From NCBI RefSeq assembly GCF_030144855.1, contig NC_082715.1, positions 31,620,001 to 31,684,000 of the forward strand: DNA of 64,000 nt, written 5' to 3'. The notes below the pieces were generated by a model that ran no database searches, was not told the origin of the DNA, and was given only the letters and a program-made list of their open reading frames with translations. Positions 12,857 through 25,700 of this stretch are shown here, in pieces (position 1 is the first letter of the stretch; every line of letters begins with the position of its first letter). The stretch comes from Hypanus sabinus (Eukaryota). Position numbers and translations under genes: made by a program.

Positions 12857-14600
12857 ATAGAAATGGTTTTGGAAAGCAATCCTCCAGAGAAAAAAGAATG
12901 CTCCAATTTCTGTTTGAATGTTGAATTGACATTGTCTGACTCAAAAGGGCTATTAATGATGCTGGGCAGAAATTACCTGGGAAAGATCATATTTGTTATG
13001 TTTACACAGTTATCAGATTTGAAACTTGTGTTGGTTTTGAAATTCTTTAATATAATTTGGGTTCGAGGGCAGGAGGGCTCCTGCTTCCTGGGAATTAGTG
13101 GTTGTAATTTCTTTTTTTTAAACTTGGTCATGATCAATCAGATCATTTCAGTTACAGTATAGACCTATTTCACTAATTCATTATGGAATGAATGGTTTTC
13201 TTATTTGTGGAAAGTGGTGGAAAATTAGCTGTATATCAATCTGGATTTTGTAAAGGGAGAATGACCATGTACTTGGTGTTACTGTAACTTTAGAATTTGA
13301 CAATATAAGTAAGGCCCAAGTTAATAATGAATAAATGGTAGCAGTTTTCTTTGAGAAAGCTTATGGCAAGTTATGGACCCAAGGGTTGCTGCTTAAATGG
13401 GAAAAGATGGAAAAAGGTGGTAGAATGTTCAACTGAATTCAAGATTTTTATTGAGATAGGAAGATGCAAGTTAGGCTGGGAACAACATTTTCTAAGGAAT
13501 AGAGATAGAGAATGGGACTCCACAGGGAAATGTGTGTAGACCACTCCTTTTTAACATTATGATTAAAGATAAATAATCATTTTCTTAATTGTTGGCTTAG
13601 ACATTTCCAAGTTGTTATATGTTGCTGAGGGTGTGGAAGAGAGGCAGGGATAAAAATTGTGTATTTAGGAAAATGCAGGCAGCTATTAATGAAGTAGTGG
13701 AATGGTGATGTCAGTGGGGTTTAAACTGTCTGTCGCAAAGACTAAAGTTATTTTTCTAAAAGGAAGATTACACCCACAATTGATCTCAAGTTATAAGGTA
13801 AATCTCAATCATGAGTCAGTGGTGAAGTTTCCAGATATGTGGATGGACACAAGGCTAACATGGAAGGTACTTGTTTATAAAATCTTAGAGAAGTGTAATA
13901 AAGACCTTGATGTGTTCAAGTGCTTAGTTAGGTGTGATTTGGGTGTAGGCAGGAAGTCACTTAAATAAATAAATAGATTTTTGCTTTAATCAGATCCTGT
14001 CTTTGATTATAGTGGTGTTAATTTTAAGGCCTCACCAGCGGCCTTAAAGGCCCTAGATATAATTAAAGCATTGAGATTATGTTGTGGTGCTATTAAATCA
14101 TCCCCAATGTTGTCATTAATGGTAGAAATGATTAAAGTACCTTTACATCTAACCCTAAACTTCCAAAGCTCTCCTGCCTTTCTAACTATTTCCTTGCCAA
14201 TCTGCCAGAGTATCTCCTTGGCATGTATGTCATCAACAGCCCAGATAATGTTGCTCTCAGAGCAGTGGTTTTGTAGAAAATTGCTGGCTGCTGGCAATTT
14301 CCCAGCTTCCATGCAGCACAATTCCTGTGTGGGAAGTCAGAAATGAGCCCAGAGGCAGATTCCAGCAGACCTTACTGCCCATTCTGTCTCTGTGCTCAGT
14401 ACAAACCTCGGACAGACAACAAAGGGGATTTTCGGCTCATGTTGCACAGTCCCATTACTTTATGTAGTGTCTTGATTGAAAAGAAATATAGGTTTGTGTT
14501 CTTTTTTTTTGGTATTTTAGTTAATTTTTATATATAATGAATCTTAATTAAAAACCTGATCATCAGAGACATTTAAAAGTAGCTTCAAGAGCTTTGAGCA

Positions 14601-14698
14601 ACACATACAAATACTGGAGGAACTCAGAAGGCCAGGCAGCATCTATGGAAAAAAGTGCAGTTGACGTTTCGGGCCGAAACCCTTCAGCAGGCTTAAGT
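14601..14698 (-). mobile_element. Penelope pLTR fragment with minimal hammerhead-like motif
   Basis: Minus strand reads CTGCTGA AGGGTTTCGGCCC GAAAC GTC; flanking tttgagca duplication at 14593-14600 and 14699-14706. Confidence 0.8.
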
Positions 14699-16712
14699 TT
14701 TGAGCAGCGGACTAAGCTCAGGCAATATTGGATGTGTGGGCTCAAAATGTAAGTATGGTGGAAGGAGTATTGCCAATATTTTTTGGCTGAAAACATATCG
14801 GCAAAGTGACTGATTAGTACAGCAAATAGTACCAAACACATGTTAGGAAAAGTTTTCTTAAATCACAATTTAATTCAGTGTTACAAAGGGATATACATAA
14901 TTTGTAGCTTGGTCAAAGAGGTAGGTTTTGTTTTGAAAAAGAAAGAAGAGGCAGAGAGAAAAATCTAGGGCTGAGAGACAAGGCAGCTGTGGGTAGAGGC
15001 ACCCAGATGTTTGAAAATCTTTTAGGGATGGAAGTGATTGTAGAGGTAAGATTTTGCTGAAGGTGGAGCAGTTACTGCTTAAAATACTAGATGTCTGTAG
15101 CAGTCAAAAATAAAGTTACCCAACTGCAAAGTATATAATACATCTACTTCCATTCCTGGGATACCTTTTTGGTTCTTCATATATTTATTTTGTTAGTTAC
15201 CCTGTTCTTATACTTTTGCCTTTTCCTTGGCAGTAACTTTTCGTATCTTCTCTACTTTTTTTAAAACTCTTGTGCTTTTATGCACTTCAGAAGATTCTGC
15301 TTTAGCTCTTGATCTCACAGATAACTTCCCTTTTGTTTTGTCTGGATTTTTTATGCATCATTGGGTGATCTAGGTTTATCAGTTCTGCCCTATTTCTAAG
15401 GTCATGCTTCCTGTTACTCTGAGAATGATTAAATTTTGTGTAGCTGTTTTCAAACACTTTCACAATTTAATTTCTCTGTCTAGTATAGTTATCCAAATTT
15501 AATGTATTTTCTCCTTTTTTCTTTTTAATAACTTTGATAAATTTAACTGAATTGTAATCTTTTACATGAAAGTGTTCTCCCTCTGATGCTCCTTCTACCT
15601 GCCCAATAGCATTCACTAAAACTAAATCTTTAATAGCTCCTCCCTTCTGTCATATGAGCATCACTCATCTACAACCTATGCCCCTTTTTGTTAGACTTGT
15701 TACATACTGCGTAAAGAAATTCTGCTGAATACAGTTTAGAAATTCTCTTGTCTTCTTTTTTACACTGACTAAATCTCATTTAAAATAAGGGAAATCAAAA
15801 TCTCTCTATTCCTGCCACAGAGGTAGAGCAGATAAATTTACTCCTTTTGGACCCTTGAACTGTTTGGAATTCAGTATATTAGTGTGATTACCCCTAGGTT
15901 TATGTAGTTTTTAAAAATATAATCCACATAGGTTTAAGTGATAATCTTCCCAACATATCAATCATTCTTAGTTACGATTCTCTCTTTAACAATATGATCA
16001 ATGGCCTCTTTTTATTACCCTCTTCTCTATCTCGTCTGTAATCCTTGTAAGCAGGTTACTTGTCCACTTTAAGTTGTGTTTTGATCAGTAATAACTAACA
16101 TACTTCCACTTGTTCTTGTCCCTCTTGCTGACCTGCTGCAATGCAGTTTTTAAATCATACATATTGCAACCACAGAAAACATCCACACAGATGAAAATCA
16201 AATGCATGGCAGAGTTGATTATGTTGAATTTCTTAAGCTTTGTTCCACACTATAAAGCAATTTGAGAGTTCAGTCATATTCCTGATCCCAGTAAAGGCAC
16301 GGGCCAACATTTGGGGTGAGGAGATTAGATATCTTTTACGAAGTGCTCCATCCTGCTCTCAATATTTTGGCATTGATAGAGCCACCCCATTTCAGCTTCT
16401 GACCTGTAGTGACTTTTTAAATGTTGGTAGTGGAGGACTTACACATTTTGGATTGATTTGATATTACCACTTGTGTAGCATTAATGGTTTTATGTTGAAT
16501 GCAGGGTTTATCTTTATTGGGATGATTTTAACTTGATGTTTATGCAATTGGTTGGTTGGTTATTTTAGTTCTAATCTTTCAATGCCAGAGCCAGTGATAA
16601 CAAGAATACAAATTTAGCATGAAGATAATTTCGATTGAAGTAACCTTTGTCTTGGATTTTGAAATTATGATTATGATATAATATTACTTTGTTTCCTCAG
16701 GATAAATTAAAA

Positions 16713-16829
16713 ATGGGCGAGTACCATGATTTGTTAACTCAATCCCTTTTAGCAACAAATCATGTTCAGGACTGTGCAATCATAGAACTGAAAAATCTCT
16801 CTGTGATGACAGCCTCTATAGGATTCAAA
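16713..16829 (+). CDS. PFN4: PFN4 coding exon 1 (exon starts at 16701)
   Basis: Acceptor ttcctcag|16701, donor AAA|gtaagc. Confidence 0.9.
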
Positions 16830-19069
16830 GTAAGCATTTCGAATTCTTTACAATATTAGATGATGATTTCGATACTGTGGATAATACATCAGTAAGTATG
16901 TTATAAGGTGCAAGAAAATAAATCTGTCAATTTTACCAGAGACAGGTGAGAGTGAATTTTTTCCAATTCCCATGAGAAGAGAAAGTACTGGTATGGAGGC
17001 ACTTGGAAAATTTCTTTATTTCTTCCAGTGGGAATAGGACACTGAGTTTTACTGATAGGTTACAGTCTATGAATTGAAATGTTAAGGATTTTTTTTTCCA
17101 AAGACACTTTTGAGTATTTTTAAGTCAGTAACTACAGCACCTTTTGTAGATTGTACATACCGCAGCCATGTTATTCTCATATTTAAAGTCTTTGATGAGT
17201 TACCAACTCATTAGGCTCTTTTGTCCTGAATGGCTTTAAGCTCCAAGCATTGTTAAAAATGCACTCATCTAGATAATTGGAGGGTATTCCATTACACTCA
17301 ATAAATTCATGACTCATCCCTTGGTGAAAAGGATTTGAGAAATCATTCATTGTAGGATATCCAGCACATGATGTTATTATAATCACACTACTTATTTGAC
17401 TGACTGAGTCACTGATCAACTGTAACTCCTAGGATATTGATTATGGAGAAACCTGATGCCCAGTGACTTCAGTTTTATCTTTGATGCCACATTTGGGTAA
17501 ATGTTTGGGTAAATGTTGTCTTGATGTTAAAGGCAATCACTCTTACCTCATCTCTGAAATTCAGTGGCTTTGTCCATGTTTCCACTGAGGGTGTAAAGAG
17601 GTGTTGAGTTAGTGAAACTCAAACTGAGCACCTGAACAGATGAAAGATAATTCAAGCTGCTGTGGATATATTGATTAGTAAAGAGTTGAAAGCCAATTTT
17701 GCAATATAAATCTTGAAATATTAATCTAGAGAAAGCATATGTAGAACAAGAAAGAATTATTTTGGACAAATGTCCTTTGATCAATCAAATGGTTTCAAGG
17801 TCTGACTGATATACTCAGTTACTTGTTGTGTTATAGTGAAGTTAGCCTCACCTGTAACAAACCACAGAATGTCTGACAAATAAAATAAAGATTTTCAATA
17901 ACATGAAGGACTTTGTTTTTTGTCAGTTGGATACAGAGGAAATTCGAGCCTTCTGGAATGCTTTCAAGCAACCAGACATCATTCAAGAATATGGCCTCTT
18001 CTTCAGAAATGTAAATTACATATGTGTCAGAGCAGATAAGGATTCAATATACAGCAAACATGTAAGATGAGAATTTTCTCAATCTAAAATTAATCCATTT
18101 CTGTTCACTTTATTTATGTGTTGTAAACTATGCACCAAAGCCTCTTCGATGGATATAAATTGTTAGTTCATGAAACAGTTTGAACTGTTAGTATAGATCT
18201 GAATAAGAAATATTTGAGGCATAGATAATTTGTTAAAGTTTTATAAGCTGGTTTATTGGTCTAAAGTATAATTTTCTTTTAATTTATTTTTACTTGCATT
18301 TTATAAAGGGAGTGTCAAACCTGATTTTCATACATTTTGAGTCTTATATTCAAACCATCTATCAGCATTTTTTTTTGTTGGGTTAATTTAAAAGTAATGC
18401 ATTGCAATGAACCAAACAGTTTAATAAGTTGTACTATTTGTTTTGAACAGAATGATAGGGGTCTTATATTTGTAAAGACTGGAATGTATATAATCTGTGC
18501 CACCTACGCAAAGGGGATGTACCCAAGTGTATGTGTTGAAGCTGTGGAAAAATTAGGTGAGTATTGGGCAAATTTTATTCTTCTATTTGTAGAAGACATG
18601 CAGTATGTTTACAGTACATACATTTTTAGAAGCTATTTTTAATATCCTGACAAGAAACTTACTAAGCAAGATCAGTGATGTGGAATGAGAAGAAATGTAG
18701 CAACTCATATATAAATGGGATTAAATAACAAAGAGCCAAGATTTAGGGTTAATATCAGTCATGCTCATAATGGTGAAGAAGTCGGGCAGTTTTTACAAAA
18801 TCAGGTATTGCTATTTCAGTAAAGACAGAATAAGCATATTTTTCTTTTAATTCATTTCACTATTATTACAAAAAGGAATATTAAATCTAAGTGTTATGCA
18901 ATTTTTGAAGATTTCATCTTTCTCTAGTCTGATGGATGGGCAAATTTTTTTATGATTCATACAAAAAATGGGCTTCACAAGCTCAAGTAATGTCTGCCTC
19001 TTGTGAAAACATCTAATAGAAATTTGTTTCTTTATTTAAGGTGACTACTTCAAAACAAAGGGCAAATAG
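16713..19069 (+). CDS. PFN4: Profilin-4, 128 aa; exons 16713-16829, 17927-18061, 18451-18556, 19041-19069
   Basis: Spliced product MGEYHDLLTQSLLATNHVQDCAIIELKNLSVMTASIGFK/LDTEEIRAFWNAFKQPDIIQEYGLFFRNVNYICVRADKDSIYSKH/NDRGLIFVKTGMYIICATYAKGMYPSVCVEAVEKLG/DYFKTKGK* matches recalled PFN4 motifs (CVRAD, ATY-x2-GMYPS-x-CVEA-x-E-x-LGDY). All introns GT-AG with phases 0, 0, 1. Confidence 0.93.
17927..18061 (+). CDS. PFN4: PFN4 coding exon 2
   Basis: ttttttgtcag|TTG ... CAT|gtaaga, 135 nt. Confidence 0.92.
18451..18556 (+). CDS. PFN4: PFN4 coding exon 3
   Basis: ttttgaacag|AAT ... TTAG|gtgagt, 106 nt. Confidence 0.93.
19041..19069 (+). CDS. PFN4: PFN4 coding exon 4
   Basis: tttatttaag|GT GAC TAC ... 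AAA TAG; candidate AATAAA at 19303-19308. Confidence 0.9.
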
Positions 19070-19459
19070 TTGGATCAAAGACTGGATGTATGGTGATTCA
19101 CGTGTATCCAAAAACACACTGAATAAGGGAAAGCAACTTGGTAAATTATGCTTGATTTTCTAAGGCCCAGGCACATCATAGGCTTTCCTCCATCTACCAC
19201 TCTATCAGAAACAAAGTCAATGAATGTTTCATCTAAGATATGGAAGATATTGCTAAAATCTGTAACACTTTACATAGTATTAGGAAACCTTTTACTTCTA
19301 GAAATAAATTCAAAACCTTGTAAACCTTATAGTTTACAAGTCCTACTCCTTCACACTACTGTAACCTTCCTTTTTGTATCCGTGTTCCTATATAAATTAT
19401 GACTTACAGTGTTTGTCATTGCTCAGAATAACATAGAATATATAACTCTAAAAGCAAAT

Positions 19460-22180
19460 CTGTGCTGGATCCTCGTCTTCCTGACCAACAGTCCACAATC
19501 AGTAAGGATGGGCACCTCCACCATGATTATTCTCAACACAGGTGTCCTACAAAGTTGTATTCTCAGTCTCTTACTTTCCTCACTATAGTCTTAAAATTGT
19601 GTGGCCAGATCCTGCTCCAATTCCATCTACAAATTTGCAGATGTTACCATTGTAGTGGCCTCTTAACTCAAATGACAATGAATCGGAGTACTGGAATGAG
19701 AAAGAGAGCCTAGTGACATGGTGTCATAACCAACAACCTTTCCATCAATGTCAGCAAAACAAACAAGCTGATCATTGACTTCAGGAAGGAGGTCAGTACA
19801 GATGTTACTTCTGGTATCGGTGGTGTTGAATTTGAGACTCTATATAACCATATAACAATTACAGCATGGAAACAGGCCATCTTGGCCCTTCTAGTCTGTG
19901 CCAAATGCTTACTCTCACCTAGTCCCACCGACCTGCACTCAGCCCATAACCCTCCATTCCTTTCCTGTCCATATACCTATCCAATTTTTTAAAAAATGAC
20001 AATACCAGACCTGCCTCTACCACTACTACTGGAAGCTCGTTCCACACAGCTACCACTCTCTGAGTAAAGAATTTCACCCTCGTGTTACCCCTAAACTTCT
20101 GCCCCTTAACTCTCAACTCATGTCCTCGTTTGAATCTCCCCCACTCTCAATGGAAAAAGCCTATCCACGTCAACTCTATCTACCCCCCTCATAATTTTAA
20201 ATGCCTCTATCAAGTCCCCCCTCAACCTTCTATGTTCCAAAGAATAAAGGCCTAACTTGTTCAACCTTTCTCTGTAACTTAGGTGCTGAAACCCAGGTAA
20301 CATTCTAGTAAATCGTCTCTGTACTCTCACTATTTTGTTGACATTTTTCCTATAATTCGGTGACCAGAACTGTACACAATACTCAAAATTCGGCCTCACC
20401 AATGCCTTGTACAATTTTTACATTACATCCCAACTATACTCAATGCCCTGATTTATAAAGGCCAGCATACCAAAAGCTTTCTTCACCTGTCCACATGAGA
20501 TTCCACCTTCAAGGAACTATGCACCGTTATTCCTAGATCACTCTGTTCTACTGCATTCCTCAATGCCCTACCATTTACCATGTATGTCCTATTTTGATTA
20601 TTCCTACCAAAATGTAGCACCTCACACTTACCAGCATTAAACTCCATCTGCCATCTTTCAGCCCACTCTTCTAGCTGGCCTAAATCTCTCTGCAAGCTTT
20701 GAAAACCTACTTCATTACCCACACCACCACCTATCTTAGTATCATCTGCATACTTACTAATCCAATTTACCACCCTATCATCCAGATCATTAATGTATAT
20801 GACAAACAACACTGGACCCAATACAGATCCCTGAGGCACACCACTAGTCACCGGCCTCCAACTTGACAAACAGTTATCCACCACTACTCTCTGGCATGTC
20901 CCATCCAGTCACTGTTGAATCCATTTTACTACTTCAATATTAATACCTAACGATTGAACCTTCCTAACTAACCTTCCCTATGGAACCCTGTCAAAGGCCT
21001 TGCTGCAGTCCATATAGACAACATCCACGGCTTTACCCTCAACAACTTTCCTAGTAACCTCTTCAAAAAATTCAGTAAGATTTGTCAAACATGACCTTCC
21101 ACGCACAAATCCATGTTGACTGCTCCGAATCAGACCCTGTCTATTCAGATAGTTATATATACCATCTCTAAGAATACTTTCCATTAATTTACCCACCACT
21201 GACATCAAACTGACAAGCCTATAATTGCTAGGTTTACTCTTAGAACCCTTTTTAAACTATGGAACCACGAGCAATACGTCAATCCTCCAGCACCATCCCC
21301 TTTTCTAATGACATTTGAAATATTTCTGTCAGAGCCCCTGTTATTTCTACACTAACTTCCCTCAAGGTCCTAAGGAATACCCTGTCAAGACCCAGAGACT
21401 TATCCACTTTTATATTCTTTAAAAGCTCCAGTACTTCCTCCTCTTTAATCATCATAGTTTCCATAACTACCCTACTTGTTTCCTTTACCTTACACAATTC
21501 AATATCCTTCTCCAGTTGAAAGCTTCAAGTTTCTAAGTCTGATTATCTCCAGTAGCCTATCCCAGTCTAACCAGGTAGACACCACTGCCAATAAAGCTCA
21601 TATGTGCTTCTGCCTCTTTAAGAGGCTAAAGGAATTTGGCATGTCCTGTTTGACGCTAACCAATTTTTTTTAATCAAGGTGCCATAGAAATCCTATCTCA
21701 ATGCATCACAACTTGGTATGACAATTGCAACTGCAAGAAACTGTTGAGTTGTGGATATAGCTTAGCACATTACAGATATCAGACCCATGCAGATAAAGTT
21801 ACCAACATAATCAAAGACCCCACCCATCCTGGACATTCTGTCTTCTCCCCCCTCATATCAGGCAGAAGATACAAAAGACTGAAAGCATGTACCACCAGCA
21901 GATTTTATTCTTTTCCACTGGACAGATTTCATTCCACTGTTATAAGACTATTGAATGATTTCCTAAAATGATAAGATGGACTCTTGATCTCGCAATCTAC
22001 CTCTTGATGGCTTTCCTCCTTTTTTTCCTGCCTGCTCTGTAACAGAAACACTTCATTCTGCACTCTATTGTTGTTTTTCCCATGAAGTACCTAAATGAAC
22101 TTGTAATGAAATGTACAGACTGTATGTAAGACTAGTTTTTCACTGTCTAGTTGCATGTGACAATAAGCAAATTTACCAAT
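19460..22180 (+). mobile_element. Rex1/Babar-type LINE remnant split by a nested CR1 (host parts about 19460-19840 and 21510-22180)
   Basis: NNLSINVSKTNKLIIDFRK before the insertion; VESFKFL and IKDPTHPGH after it. Confidence 0.75.
19843..21510 (-). mobile_element. CR1 LINE, 5'-truncated, nested
   Basis: ORFs 20483..20884 (GVPQGSVLGP, YADDTK), 20118..20414 and 20978..21208; tandem-repeat 3' tail at 19843-19860. Confidence 0.92.
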
Positions 22181-22799
22181 GTTATTATTCCATTTTGTTA
22201 TTAAAATATTGAACATTGTTTATTAAAACAATTTCATTTTTCATAAAATACTAAATATTAGAATATAACACTAAACTCAATTCCTCTTATGCCAACTATT
22301 TCATCTCAGTATATGAATTCACTCTCAACTCTCCTGTACTTAATCTACATTTCTTTTGAATGCATCTAAGCTTTTAGGCTCAACCATTTCATATGGTAGG
22401 TAGTTTCCCATTCCAGCTTCTCTCTGAATAAAGACTTAAGAAAGACTGGAAAAAAAGAACAATTCTCTTCAGTTGTTAGATGTCCATCACATGGCATAGG
22501 ATTATTCCATAATGTAAAAGCATTTAGAGTATAAATTTATGTTGGTTGTTTGCATGAAATTGTTACCACATTACCTCCATAGGCAAAGAATGCCCCTTAC
22601 TTACTGAAGAGGCTGGAGACTACATTTCCTTATTGTCTGTTTACTCGGAGTCATTTGATCACATGGTGCCACATTATTTCTGTTCAATTCATTTCAATTG
22701 CAATTAAATTTCACGTGACTTGTGCAGAGAGTAATTTTTATTTTTGTTTCTCTGCATTTGATGCCCAAACCCACAAATGATCCCAGAAATGTGTAATGT

Positions 22800-25700
22800 A
22801 CAAGACCATAAGTTATAGGAGCAGAATTAGGCCATTTGGCCCATCAAGTTTGCTCCACCATTTTATCATGGCTGATCCATTCCAATCTCTGCCTTCTCCC
22901 TGTATCCCTTAATGCCCTGACTAATCAAGAAGCTATCGACCTCTGCCTTAAATATACAAAAAGTCTTGGCCTTCACAGCAGCCTGTGACAAAGAATTTCA
23001 CAGATTCACCACTCTCTGGCTAATAAAATTGCTCCTCCATCTCCATTCTAAAAGGATGCCCCTCTTTTCTGAAGCTGTGTCCTCTGGTCCTAGACTCTCC
23101 CAACATAGGAAACATCCTCTCCACATCCACTCTACCATTTGGTAGGTTTCATTGAGGTCACCCCTCAATCTTCTGAATTCTAGTGAATAAAGGCCCACAG
23201 CCACAAGACACTCTTCATATAACAAACCATTCAATCCTAGCATCACTTTCATGAACCTCCTTTGACTCCTCTCCAGCTTCAGCACATCCTTTCAAAGGGG
23301 CCTAAAACGGCTCACAATACTCCAAGTGAGACCTCACAAGTGCTTTATAAAATCTCCTTGCTTTTATATTCTAGTCTTCTTGAAGTGAATGCTATTACTG
23401 CATTTGCCTTCCTCACCACAGACACAACCTGTAAATTAACCTTTGGGGAATCCTGCACAAGGACGTCCAAGGCTCTTTCTGCCTCAGTCTGTTATATTTT
23501 CTCTCCATTTAGAAAATAGTTAACCTTTCATTTCTTCTACCAAAGTGCATGATCATACACTATATTCCATCTGCCAATTCTTTACTCATTTTCCTAATCT
23601 AAGTTCTTCTGTAGCCTGTCTACTTCCTCAAAACTACTTGTCTCTTCATCTATCTTTGTATCACATGCATTTCTTTGCCATTCTCTGCCATTTCTTTGCC
23701 CATTCTCCCAATCTGTCTAAGTCCTTCCTGAAAACTACCAGCCCCTCCACCTATCTTCATATTGTCTGCAAACTTTGCAACAAAGCCATCAATTCCATCA
23801 TCCATATCATTGACATATAACATAAAGAATTGGCCCCAACATAGACCCCTGTGGAATCCACTAGTCACCAGCAGCCAGTCAGAAAAGGCTCCCTTTATTC
23901 CCACTCTTTGCCTCCTGCCAATCAGCCACCACTTTATCTATGCTGGAAACTTTCTTGTAATAGCTTGTTAAGCAGCCTCATGTATGGCACCTTGTCAAAG
24001 GCCTTCTGAAAAAACACATCAACCAATTCTCCTTTGTCTATCCTGCTTGTTATTTCTTCAAAAAATTCCAACAGACTTGTCAGAAAAGATTTTTCTTTGA
24101 GAAAACTGCTGACCACAGCCTATTTTATCATGTGCCTCTAAGCACCCTGGCTAGTGATTCTTGAAAGGTCATTACTAATACTTCTACCATCTCTTCAGCC
24201 ATCCCCTTCAGAACTCCGGCGTGTACACCATCTGATCCAGTTGACTTGTCTAACTTCCAACGTTTCTTCTCTATGATAATGGTAACATCACATACTTCAT
24301 GACCCGACACATGGAACTTCCACCATCCTGCTCGTCTTTCCTACACTGAAATCTGATGCAAAATACTTAATAAGTTCATCCACCATTTCTTTGCCCTTCA
24401 TTGTTACCTCTCTAGCATTGTTTTCCAGCAGTCCAATATGCACTCTCCCCTCTCTTTTACACTATGTATCTGAAGGAAGAAACTTTTGGTATCCTCTTCA
24501 ATATTACTACTAGCTTACTTACATATTCCATCTTTACCTTCTGTATGACTTTTTTTAGTTGCCTTCTGTTGGTTTTTAAAACTTTACCAAGCCTCTAACT
24601 TCCCACTAATTTTTGCTCTATTACATGCCTTCTCTTTGGCTTTTATGTTGACTCTGATACTCCTTTTAGCCTTGGTTAGAGTACTTCTTCCTCTTTAGGA
24701 TATATACTCTATATCCTGTGTCTTCTGAATTGCTTCCAGAAATTCCAGCCATTGCTGCTCTGCCATCATCCCTGTGAGTGTTCTTTTCCAATCAATCTCT
24801 CATGCCTCTGAAATTTCCTTTACTCCATTGTAATACTGAAGTTCTCTAATCATAGAAACATAGAAAACCTACGGCACAATACAGGCCCGTTGGCCCACAA
24901 AGCTGTGCCGAACATGTCCTTAACTTAGAAATTACCCAGGGTTACCCATATCCCTCTATTTTTCTAAGCTCCATGTGCCTATCCAGAAGTTTCTTAAAAG
25001 ACCATATCGTATCCACCTCCACCACCGTCGCTGAAAGCCCATTCCACGCTCTCACCACTCTGCATTTTAAAAAAATTAGTTAAAAAAAACTTACCCGACA
25101 TCCTTTCTGTACCTACTTCCAAGACCCTTAAAACTGTTCCTTCTCGTGCTAGCTATTTCAGCCCTGGGAAAAAGCCTGACTATCCACACAATCAATGTCT
25201 CTCATCACCTTGTACACCTCTATCAGGTTAACTCTCATTCTCCGTCGCTCCAAGGAGAAAAGGCCGAGTTCACTCAACCTATTTCTCATAGGGCATGCTC
25301 CTCAAACCAGGCAACTTCCTTGTAAATCTCCTCTTCACTTTTTCTATGGCTTCCACATTCTTTCTGTAGTGAGGCAACCAGAATTGAGCACAATACTCTA
25401 AGTGGGGTCTGACCAAGGTCCTATATAGCTGCAACATTACCTCTCAGCTCTTAAACTCAATCCCATGATTGAAGGCCAATGCACCATATGCCTTCTTAAC
25501 CACAGAGTCAACCTGTGCAGTAGCTCTGAGTGTCCTATGGATTTGGACCCCAAGATCCCTCTGATCCTCCACACTGCCAAGAGTCTCACCATTAATACTA
25601 TATTCTGCCATCATATTTGACCTACCAAAATGAACCACCTCACACTTATCTGGGTTGAACTCCATCTGCCACTTCTCAGTCGTATCAATGTCCCGCTGTA

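Larger units (their letters stand above)
9230..14140 (+). mobile_element. I/Nimb-clade LINE, degenerate (ORF1 with CCHC knuckles; ORF2 APE and RT)
   Basis: ORF1 remnant ...LRCFQ..HVAAVC..KRC...DH..C...CSNCGGKHSSAYTGC (9900-10070). ORF2 remnants ILQWNAKSL (about 10450), GGGVATFVK, GDFNA, SALDLTL, YRPISL (13158), GTPQG (13514) and LRLCCGAIKSSP (14071). Interrupted by two solo LTRs and a CR1 tail. Confidence 0.8.
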
